Part shown: positions 48,222 to 55,743 of the stretch, piece by piece
Position numbering within the stretch: position 1 is the first letter of the stretch
Layout: each line of letters begins with the position of its first letter
NCBI GenBank assembly: GCA_043760135.1
Contig: JAYUPL010000005.1
Coordinates: forward strand, 1-59,193
Length of the DNA: 59,193 bases
Source of the DNA: Candidatus Parcubacteria bacterium
GTDB lineage: Bacteria; Patescibacteriota; Minisyncoccia; Phycocordibacterales; CAIZLB01
Direction of reading: 5' to 3'
Translations under genes and position numbers: made by a program
Notes under the pieces: model-generated
What the model saw: the letters and a program-made list of their open reading frames with translations, nothing else
Told to the model about the DNA's origin: nothing
Databases searched by the model: none

Positions 48222-48569
48222 ATGGTACGCGTAAAAAAAGGTGTTCACGCCGCAAAAACAAGACGAAACGTTCTTAAAATGGCCAAAGGTTTCAGAGGTC
48301 CAAGACGATCAAAAGAAAAACTAGCTTATGAACAAATCGTTCACTCATTAAATACAGCCTTCGCCCACAGAAGAGATAAGAAAGGTGATTTCAGAAGATT
48401 ATGGAATGTTAAGATCAATGCCGCTTTAAGAACTTATGGAACTACATACAGTAAATTCATCGGAATCTTGAAAAAGAAAGATATTGAAGTAGACAGAAAA
48501 ATCATGGCTGACTTAGCTCAATATGATCCAGCAGTGTTTGAGAGATTTGTGAAGCAAGTGCTTGGATAG
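48222..48569 (+). CDS. rplT: 50S ribosomal protein L20
   Basis: 115 aa with MVRVKKGVHAAKTRRNVLKMAKGFRG. Confidence 0.95.
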   Translation: MVRVKKGVHAAKTRRNVLKMAKGFRGPRRSKEKLAYEQIVHSLNTAFAHRRDKKGDFRRLWNVKINAALRTYGTTYSKFIGILKKKDIEVDRKIMADLAQYDPAVFERFVKQVLG

Positions 48570-48595
48570 TTTACTAAAACTATTACATAAAAAAT

Positions 48596-48624
48596 CCATC
48601 CTTTCCTTGGATGGCATTTTTTTT
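48596..48624 (+). terminator. rho-independent terminator after rplT
   Basis: CCATCC-TTTCCTT-GGATGG followed by CATTTTTTTT. Confidence 0.8.
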
Positions 48625-48685
48625 GGAATGGTTTTAAAGGATAGCTTTTTTATTCTCATACTAGTAGTTGTGGTGATGTGTGACC

Positions 48686-48714
48686 TTGACAATCGTTACT
48701 AACTATGATAAGAT
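48686..48714 (+). promoter_or_regulatory. sigma70-like promoter TTGACA-17-TAAGAT
   Basis: TTGACA is at 48686-48691 and TAAGAT at 48709-48714, upstream of the 87-aa ORF. Confidence 0.5.
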
Positions 48715-48769
48715 AAGCATATTAACATTACACGATGTAACGTGAAAGCAAATTCAATCAACTGAAAAA

Positions 48770-49033
48770 ATGACATTTACAACTCCTTCTATAACATTTC
48801 CGATAATTGGCTTCGTAATCGGTGTTCTGATTGTTTTACTCTCTATCCTTTGTTGGAAAATGAGAGGAAAATACAAATTTCAAATGTTCTTTGGAATTCT
48901 CTTGATCGCCTTAAATGGCTTTAGTGTTACAAGGAATCTGAGTGGAGTAATCACAATCTCGGCAGGAAACATCCCGGTACAAGAACCCAAAGTAAAAAGG
49001 TTCGGGATTTTAATCGACAAAGCGCAAAAATAG
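48770..49033 (+). CDS. small two-TM membrane protein
   Basis: 87-aa ORF with its own promoter and terminator. Confidence 0.55.
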   Translation: MTFTTPSITFPIIGFVIGVLIVLLSILCWKMRGKYKFQMFFGILLIALNGFSVTRNLSGVITISAGNIPVQEPKVKRFGILIDKAQK

Positions 49034-49065
49034 CGTTAACTCTCCTTAAATTTTTTGAATCACTC

Positions 49066-49099
49066 CCCGCTCACCCTCACTCAGGGTGGCGGGATTTTT
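49066..49099 (+). terminator. rho-independent terminator (convergent genes on both sides)
   Basis: CCCGCTCACCCT-CACTC-AGGGTGGCGGG followed by ATTTTT. Confidence 0.8.
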
Positions 49100-49112
49100 C
49101 ATTTACACAAAA

Positions 49113-50786
49113 CTACCTCATCTTACTCAAACTCTTTGTCTTCGCCAAATCAAATTTTTCTATATCAAAACCATATTCAGCAATCATCTTCGCCGCATGG
49201 TGTGCCCCTAGGTTATGTGGAACGATAACATATGTTGCGCCGTGCTCATACAGTCTTTTAGCCTCATTCACATCATGTGATATGAGTATAATTATTCCGC
49301 CTGGGTTAATCTTTTTATAATGCTTCAATATAATAGAATTGGCTTCGTATTCAGGTATAGTGGAAACTATGAGTTTAACCTTTGATAAACCTAGTTCATC
49401 GAGAAACTCTATGTCCTCTGCATCACCATATCTATGTTCTATATTTTCTTTTTTTAATTTCTGTATTGATCGAGGATTAAAATCAACAACCACAAACTTT
49501 GTATTTATTTTTTCCATAGCATGGGTAAAATAAGACCCTACTCTATCATAACCAAAAAGTATAGATTCATATTGATCAGAATTATGATTTTCTATTTTCC
49601 CATTACCAACACGAATAATATCGAAAACTCTCAAGAAATGTTTTGTTTTTTCATAAATCTGGCTCGCATATATAATCATATAACTAGACCCCGCCATAGT
49701 CACAATACCAACAAGTGTGATCAGTGTTACTGCTTCTTGCGAGATGTATTTATAGGATAATGCCAACGTTGCCAATATCAAAGAAAATTCACTGATCTGT
49801 GACAGAGAGGTGCTGGCCATAAAACCAATCTTTTTCTTATAGCCCAACAAACTCATTACAGTCATGATTATCAAAGGCTTTGTAATAAGAACAAATAGAG
49901 AAAGTATTATTGCTGGTACAATCAAAGCAGTTATACCATCCAACACCAAGTGTGATCCAAGTAATATAAAGAACATGGTTACAAAGAAATCACGTATTGG
50001 CTTCATTCTCGACATTATTTCGTATGCAAATGGAGACATCGACAAAGCCACACCTGCAATCAAAGCCCCTATTTCAATAGAGAATCCCATGGTGGCAAAC
50101 AATGCGGCGATACTGAGCCCCCAAGACAATGAGGCGATGAACAACAACTCTTGTGAGGCTGCGAACCAATTTCCTATTTTCGGTAATATGTATTTTGAAA
50201 AAATAACCAAAACTATGGCTATAATAAGAGCTTTAATAGCAAGTGCAGCCAATATCTCTTGAATACTCAGACCACCGGAGCTCGATAAAGTTGATAAAAA
50301 TAATAAGATACATGTTGCAACAATATCTTCAACCAAAAGCACACCTATAACTATTTTTCCATAAAAATTGTTTATATCACCTTTATCAGCTAAAAGTTTT
50401 AGAACAATAATAGTACTACTGAATGTTAAAGTCAGGGCAATAAATAGAGAAGTTAGATTGTCGAAACCTAAAAAATTTACAACAAAAAAACCAACAAGAG
50501 AGATTAGTATAATCTGCAATGATCCAGCCAATAAAGATACCTTTCCAAATTCTTTTATAACAAGAGGGTTTAATCCAATACCAACTATAAATAAAAGAAT
50601 GGTTATACCTATTTTAGAAAATAATTCTATTTGTTCAGATGAAGATAATATACTTAACACATAAGGACCGGCAACAATACCACTGATAATATAACCTATC
50701 ACAAGAGGTTGTCGTAAGGAGTTCATTATCAATGAAATAATAGTGGTAATAAGGAGGATAATACTTATTTCGGTAAAGGCGTTCAT
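49113..50786 (-). CDS. CPA2-family cation:proton antiporter with C-terminal RCK/TrkA-N domain
   Basis: 557 aa with about 12 TM helices, then a Rossmann-like ILFGYDRVG...VVDFNP region. Confidence 0.85.
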   Translation of the reverse strand: MNAFTEISIILLITTIISLIMNSLRQPLVIGYIISGIVAGPYVLSILSSSEQIELFSKIGITILLFIVGIGLNPLVIKEFGKVSLLAGSLQIILISLVGFFVVNFLGFDNLTSLFIALTLTFSSTIIVLKLLADKGDINNFYGKIVIGVLLVEDIVATCILLFLSTLSSSGGLSIQEILAALAIKALIIAIVLVIFSKYILPKIGNWFAASQELLFIASLSWGLSIAALFATMGFSIEIGALIAGVALSMSPFAYEIMSRMKPIRDFFVTMFFILLGSHLVLDGITALIVPAIILSLFVLITKPLIIMTVMSLLGYKKKIGFMASTSLSQISEFSLILATLALSYKYISQEAVTLITLVGIVTMAGSSYMIIYASQIYEKTKHFLRVFDIIRVGNGKIENHNSDQYESILFGYDRVGSYFTHAMEKINTKFVVVDFNPRSIQKLKKENIEHRYGDAEDIEFLDELGLSKVKLIVSTIPEYEANSIILKHYKKINPGGIIILISHDVNEAKRLYEHGATYVIVPHNLGAHHAAKMIAEYGFDIEKFDLAKTKSLSKMR

Positions 50787-50865
50787 GTTTTGTATTATAA
50801 CAGAGTGCTCAAATAAAAAACACTAATTTTTATATAAATGAGTATTTTTTATTTAGTATTAATCC

Positions 50866-51018
50866 CTAGGTTAATGGATTTCTTCCTTGTATAACCCTGA
50901 TGAGAAACATTATAATTGCTACCACCAAAAGGATATGTACAAATGACCCCAAGACCTGAAAACCAAGGAAACCCAGTAACCAAAGAATGACTAATATCCA
51001 AGCTATTGTTACTAACAT
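50866..51018 (-). CDS. lmo0937-family-like small membrane protein (not in ORF track, under 60 aa)
   Basis: Hand translation gives MLVTIAWILVILWLLGFLGFQVLGSFVHILLVVAIIMFLIRVIQGRNPLT (50 aa). Confidence 0.55.
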   Translation of the reverse strand: MLVTIAWILVILWLLGFLGFQVLGSFVHILLVVAIIMFLIRVIQGRNPLT

Positions 51019-51103
51019 ATGTTTTTATTTTATTGAATGTATTAATTAATAATGCACTTCTTTATTATACCACCTATCGAGACCCCTTACGCAAGTGGAG
51101 AAG

Positions 51104-51202
51104 CTAGGCTGTTGCTAGAAATACGATAACTCCGATTAAGATTACAACGATAACACTTAAGATCATGATCGCTATCGATCCCTTTTGTTCTAGATTTTGC
51201 AT
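51104..51202 (-). CDS. candidate 32-aa single-TM micropeptide
   Basis: MQNLEQKGSIAIMILSVIVVILIGVIVFLATA is preceded by TGCTATAAT (51210-51218) 7 nt from the ATG. The longer ORF 51104-51385 overlaps the + strand gene. Confidence 0.35.
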   Translation of the reverse strand: MQNLEQKGSIAIMILSVIVVILIGVIVFLATA

Positions 51203-51254
51203 AAGTTGTATTATAGCATAGTTGTGATAATCTTGAATATAGAACGTAACCCTT

Positions 51255-51845
51255 ATGAGCACCAAACCATCACGATTGTTGAAGGATATTCCCTGGGCAC
51301 TATTTGAGGAACACGGTGACCTGAATACTCTTGAAAATATCATAAAGACTGACAACGAAGATCGACTTTCAATCAACATGTGCAAAGTCCTTGATAGTCA
51401 TTTCAAACATATGACTCTCGTGCACCATGTTTTTACTTGTTCTGACGGAAAACATAACTCTTGGACACTGCAACTATTCGCCGATGAAGTAGACTTCAGC
51501 ATGTTTGACCTATATGAAGGAAATAGCAGTGTCGATCCTTTAGTAACCATCACAGTTGGAGCCGTGCATCCACTGCCCAACTCTGATACAACCGAGATGG
51601 ACTGGGTGAAAGGTCGAGGCTTCTGGGTCAATGAAGTTATGACAATGTACCCTGGTGGACCAAATACATCTAACTTCACAATCGCCCTAATCGGAACAGG
51701 TGAAGATATTCTAGCTTATTTCCTAGTGTCCGAACTTATAAAATCTGCCTATGAAAAAGGTTTAAACCTACAGGGCATAGGACACTGGCAATCCGAATGG
51801 CACCCTAATGGTAAATACCGAAAGAAGCCCTCGAAAATTAAATGA
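51255..51845 (+). CDS. hypothetical protein (GC-rich cassette 6)
   Basis: 196-aa ORF, G+C about 45%, TGA stop, C-terminal KYRKKPSKIK. No motif recognised. Confidence 0.6.
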   Translation: MSTKPSRLLKDIPWALFEEHGDLNTLENIIKTDNEDRLSINMCKVLDSHFKHMTLVHHVFTCSDGKHNSWTLQLFADEVDFSMFDLYEGNSSVDPLVTITVGAVHPLPNSDTTEMDWVKGRGFWVNEVMTMYPGGPNTSNFTIALIGTGEDILAYFLVSELIKSAYEKGLNLQGIGHWQSEWHPNGKYRKKPSKIK

Positions 51846-51861
51846 GTCTTCCCTCCGAGAT

Positions 51862-51892
51862 GCTGGACCTGCAATGGGTCCAGCGTTTTTTT
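51862..51892 (+). terminator. rho-independent terminator of cassette 6
   Basis: GCTGGACC-TGCAATG-GGTCCAGC followed by GTTTTTTT. The T-tract overlaps the stop of the convergent methyltransferase gene. Confidence 0.8.
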
Positions 51893-52487
51893 ATTTCTGT
51901 AGAATTAGTTCCAACCAAGATTGCCCAATCTTCTCTTCTACTTCAGATTTTATAATTTTAAATTCTGTATTCATTTCTTTAATATCACCTAAAGAATAAT
52001 AGTAATATGTACGAACACCGAACTCATCATAATTTGTAAGTTCTGTATATGTATCTTTATGCTTAAGAGAAACCCTGACTACCCCACCATCATTCATTGA
52101 TAGAAAAATATTGTGAAATATATTCTTTAAAGAATCTTTTGGAGTGTGCAATAAAGAAGCAAATGCAAAAACAACATCAATATTATTTGGAAAAATATAT
52201 TCTTCAATATCTGTAACTTCAAATTTTTTAGTAGGATTTTTTTCTTGAGCAATCTCGATAAATCTTTTTGAAATATCTAAACCAATGTAATCATCTGTAT
52301 GTTTTATTATATATTCAGCATCTCTTCCACTCCCACAACCAATCTCAATAACTTTAGGGTTTTCTTTTTGTATGAGAGAAAATGTTTCTGCAATGTCGTT
52401 TGATCTGTGACCAATTTTATCAAACTTTAAAACCATTTGGTCTGCAGCTGCATTGTAGGTGTGTGTGGTTTGATCTTTTTTATTCAT
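51891..52487 (-). CDS. class I SAM-dependent methyltransferase
   Basis: 198 aa with VIEIGCGSGRD (motif I) and a downstream acidic loop. Confidence 0.85.
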   Translation of the reverse strand: MNKKDQTTHTYNAAADQMVLKFDKIGHRSNDIAETFSLIQKENPKVIEIGCGSGRDAEYIIKHTDDYIGLDISKRFIEIAQEKNPTKKFEVTDIEEYIFPNNIDVVFAFASLLHTPKDSLKNIFHNIFLSMNDGGVVRVSLKHKDTYTELTNYDEFGVRTYYYYSLGDIKEMNTEFKIIKSEVEEKIGQSWLELILQK

Positions 52488-52489
52488 AG

Positions 52490-53506
52490 TTATTTTACCT
52501 TAAACCCTTCATTCTTATCATAAGACACTTCATACCCAAAGGCTTTTGCGACGTCCTTGATTGCATAAAATTGAGCCTCAGACATCTTTAATGAATCTTT
52601 TCTACCCATTGATGGAGATGTGTATTCTTTAACCGCATTAGCAAATCCTTCATCTTTAATTAGCAAAGCTCCAACAAAAGAATCAACATGATTAGACTCG
52701 ATAGATCCCACTTCGGAAATAAAAAATCCATCAGAAATCTTTTTACCTAATAAATGATCTCCTCGTACATATGGTTTTATGACAGCACCAATCTCTTGCA
52801 ACACTTCTTCACTTGGTTGTTCTAAAAAATAAATACTGATTGAATCGTGTCGTTCTGTTGGCGCAGCCGATGTTCCCGGCTGACCAAATTTATAATTGGC
52901 TTTTAATTTTCCACTTACAATCAAATCATCAAGTGCATCAATGAGCTCTGGTGTTACATTCACATTGAACGAACCACGAGTTAATGTTTCAAGTCCATCT
53001 TTAGGAAATACCCCTCGATACATCCATTCTTTTTTTGTATTATTTACACTAACTTTATTATTTTTAAGAGCAACTTCCCATGTCTGATCTTCATTAAGAT
53101 CTGTTGGATAATCTGCAATTCGATATTCATTATATACATCTTTAAATAATCCTGATGCGAGATACTTGCAAGATTCCGGATTATCAATATCATCAAAAAG
53201 TCTTTTGTATAAATCAACAACCGCCTGTTTTCTATCTTTTGAAAATTTTTCAACTAATTCAAACACTGATTGATGTGAAGTATCTTTTTCTTTTGTTTCT
53301 ATTCCCAACTCTTTTTTGAGAGCAGCTATTTTTGCTTCATCTTCAGCTTGACGCTTTTTTGCAGAGTCACTCAAACCTTTTTCAATACCTGAAACAAATG
53401 AGGTTGGTAAACCATTCATGATAGAATCTTTTGATTCGCCTGACTCAATTCGACCGATGTATTCTTGAACTTTTTCTTCACCTGATGTAAGGAGTATTTT
53501 TTCCAT
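52490..53506 (-). CDS. hypothetical protein, possibly HopA1-like C-terminal domain
   Basis: 338 aa. RGSFNVNV...KANYKFGQPG...ERHDSISIYF resembles, from memory, the R.Y.N...K...R.D..V.Y pattern of HopA1-family proteins. Unverified. It lies 2 nt upstream of the methyltransferase. Confidence 0.5.
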   Translation of the reverse strand: MEKILLTSGEEKVQEYIGRIESGESKDSIMNGLPTSFVSGIEKGLSDSAKKRQAEDEAKIAALKKELGIETKEKDTSHQSVFELVEKFSKDRKQAVVDLYKRLFDDIDNPESCKYLASGLFKDVYNEYRIADYPTDLNEDQTWEVALKNNKVSVNNTKKEWMYRGVFPKDGLETLTRGSFNVNVTPELIDALDDLIVSGKLKANYKFGQPGTSAAPTERHDSISIYFLEQPSEEVLQEIGAVIKPYVRGDHLLGKKISDGFFISEVGSIESNHVDSFVGALLIKDEGFANAVKEYTSPSMGRKDSLKMSEAQFYAIKDVAKAFGYEVSYDKNEGFKVK

Positions 53507-53689
53507 GTATGGATTATATCATATAATAAAACAAAAAATGAACGACAAAAACTGCGCGGTTTTAATTTGCACCATGCGGCGTAGTCACATAGTCGCTCCG
53601 CTCCTTGTGCTACATGCGCAAAATACAGTCATTACATTCCTTATTTTGCGCGACATATTTTTACTTGGAAAAATAGAAGTGCTCTTGTA

Positions 53690-53864
53690 GCAGAGGATAT
53701 GAGATTCGACCATTACATGGTCAGTACACCTTTACCATTTTCTCGAATTCTACGAATTCTCAAAAATATACCACAAGGGTATTTCTATTTTGATAAATCA
53801 AAATAAGTCAGGTAAAGCTTTTCGAATATCACTCGGAAGCAAAACTCTTTGCTTCCTATCCTCC
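53690..53864 (-). pseudogene. tRNA-like remnant bracketed by copies of the tRNA-Ser 5' and 3' ends
   Basis: The minus strand starts GGAGGATAGGAAG (tRNA: GGAGGATTGGATG) and ends GTCGAATCTCATATCCTCTGC (tRNA: TTCGAATCTCACATCCTCCGC). The interior does not fold as a cloverleaf. Confidence 0.55.
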
Positions 53865-53866
53865 TA

Positions 53867-53897
53867 GAAAAAAGACCACATAACGTGGTCTTTTTTT
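53867..53897 (-). terminator. hairpin with flanking A/T tracts just 3' of the tRNA
   Basis: AGACCAC-ATAAC-GTGGTCT is flanked by AAAAAA and TTTTTTT. Confidence 0.7.
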
Positions 53898-53902
53898 CAC
53901 TG

Positions 53903-53989
53903 CGGAGGATGTGAGATTCGAACTCACGGAACCCGTTAGGGCTCGACAGTTTAGTAAACTGTTGATTTCAACCACTCATCCAATCCTCC
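53903..53989 (-). tRNA. type-II tRNA, serine-like (G73, long variable arm), anticodon read by hand as ACU; CCA not encoded
   Basis: Hand fold: GGAGGAT-TG-GAT-GAGTGGTTGAA-ATC-A-ACAGT-TTACTAA-ACTGT-(18-nt variable arm)-GTGAG-TTCGAAT-CTCAC-ATCCTCC-G. Confidence 0.85.
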
Positions 53990-54030
53990 ATTTATATGCT
54001 ATTTATAGCATATAATCTTATAATTTTCTA

Positions 54031-55704
54031 TTACGCCTCACAGTTTATACACACCTTCTTTCTACTCAAAACTTGAGCAGCATTCATACTGTGTTGGTAG
54101 TACAAAGTTTTCACACCTGCTTTCCAAGCCTCCATATACAACGCATTGATCTCTTTTGTTGTTGTAGTCTTCGGATTAATCATCAAGTTCAATGATTGTC
54201 CTTGATCAATATGTTTTTGTCTTGCTCCAGCTTGGTCGATAATAGCGAATTGATCTAACTCAGCAAAAGTTTTAAATACTTCTTTTTCTTCATCAGATAG
54301 AAAATCAACATGCTGTACTGATCCATCCTTATCTCTAATATCTTGCCACACCTCTTTTGTATTTTTTCCTTTTGTTTCTAACAAAGTCTCCAAAAATGGA
54401 TTCTTGATAGTAACTTTCATTTTCTCAATATCTTTTACATAACAGTTTGACCATACAGGTTCAATACTTTGTGATACTTGTCCTAGGATGAATGCAGATG
54501 ACGTTGTAGGGGCTACAGCACAGAGTGTAGTGTTACGACGACCTCTTCCTGTAAGCATTGAAGGTTCACCGTATTTAACCGCCATCTCTGCTGATGCTTC
54601 ATAGGCTTTTTCTTTTACGAATTTAAATAGTTGTTGATTTAAATCGTAGGCTTTTTGCCCCTCAAAAGGAATCATTTTACTTTGTAGATATGAATGCCAT
54701 CCTAATACACCAACTCCAAGAGCACGGTTCTCTTTAGCAAAGTTGTATGATTTTTCCATGAATATAAACTCCTGTCTTCTCTCTGCATCTTCTGAATCTC
54801 TATAGCCTTCAAGTTTATTCACAAAATCAGTCATAACCGCATCAAGGAAATACGTAAGTGTTTGTACTGCGTCAGTTTCTTTCCATTCATCAAAATACAG
54901 TGCATTCATAGATGATAAACAACATACGAATGACCATTTATCACTTGATGGTAGCGCAATCTCACTACACAAGTTACTTGCATATATCTTATGACCCCCT
55001 TCCTTGTATACGTCCACTGTATTATTGTTCACATTGTCTGAGAACATGATATATGGATATCCAATCTCAGTTCTTCTTTTTAGAACTTTAGCCCAGATAT
55101 TTCTTTTCTTCTCATCTCCTGCTTGCATCTCTTTCATCCAAGCATCAGTAACTGTTACTGCGTTTGTTAGACCTTGGATCGGATTACCCTCTGTTCCAAC
55201 ATCTAAAAATTCTTCGATATCAGGATGCTCTACGTTTAAGTATGCTGCCAAGTGACCTCGTCTTGTTGATCCTTGTGACACAACGTTTGTTACTGTATCA
55301 AACAATTGCATAAAATGAACTGGACCTGAAGAAGTACCGTTATTTGTAATAGCAGATCCTCTTGGTCTTAAATCACCAAAATAGGCTGATGTACCACCTC
55401 CTTTTTTACTCATCATTCCAACCTCAGCTGTTGTGTATAAAATATCACCCATAGTGTCTCCTACATATGAACCAAAACATGAGATAGGTAACCCTTTAGC
55501 AAAACCAAAATTCACCCACACTGGAGTAGCAAGAGAATAATAACCCTTCCCCATATAGTCATAGAATTTATCAGCAAAACCTTCTATCTTAAGTATTTTT
55601 TCTGCATGTTCTGCTAAGAAACGAATACGTTCTTCTGCTGTTGAGCCGTCATTGATATAATCTTTAGCGAGGAATTTTCTGCTATTTTCGTTTAACCATT
55701 TCAT
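54031..55704 (-). CDS. nrdA: class I ribonucleotide reductase alpha subunit lacking an ATP-cone
   Basis: 557 aa with the NLCSEIALPS active-site loop and a C-terminal CINCEA cysteine pair. The N-terminus starts directly in the core. Confidence 0.9.
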   Translation of the reverse strand: MKWLNENSRKFLAKDYINDGSTAEERIRFLAEHAEKILKIEGFADKFYDYMGKGYYSLATPVWVNFGFAKGLPISCFGSYVGDTMGDILYTTAEVGMMSKKGGGTSAYFGDLRPRGSAITNNGTSSGPVHFMQLFDTVTNVVSQGSTRRGHLAAYLNVEHPDIEEFLDVGTEGNPIQGLTNAVTVTDAWMKEMQAGDEKKRNIWAKVLKRRTEIGYPYIMFSDNVNNNTVDVYKEGGHKIYASNLCSEIALPSSDKWSFVCCLSSMNALYFDEWKETDAVQTLTYFLDAVMTDFVNKLEGYRDSEDAERRQEFIFMEKSYNFAKENRALGVGVLGWHSYLQSKMIPFEGQKAYDLNQQLFKFVKEKAYEASAEMAVKYGEPSMLTGRGRRNTTLCAVAPTTSSAFILGQVSQSIEPVWSNCYVKDIEKMKVTIKNPFLETLLETKGKNTKEVWQDIRDKDGSVQHVDFLSDEEKEVFKTFAELDQFAIIDQAGARQKHIDQGQSLNLMINPKTTTTKEINALYMEAWKAGVKTLYYQHSMNAAQVLSRKKVCINCEA

Positions 55705-55743
55705 ATGTATGTTTGTATTTTTGTTATGTTGTATTGTTAATTG

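Noticed and set aside
53505-53690. 61-aa + strand ORF in the tRNA-proximal intergenic region. Similar short ORFs are 35205-35396 and 47867-48052.
   Set aside because: They lie in intergenic or regulatory sequence, are hydrophobic or low-complexity, and have no RBS or promoter logic. The region is better explained by RNA-like hairpins.
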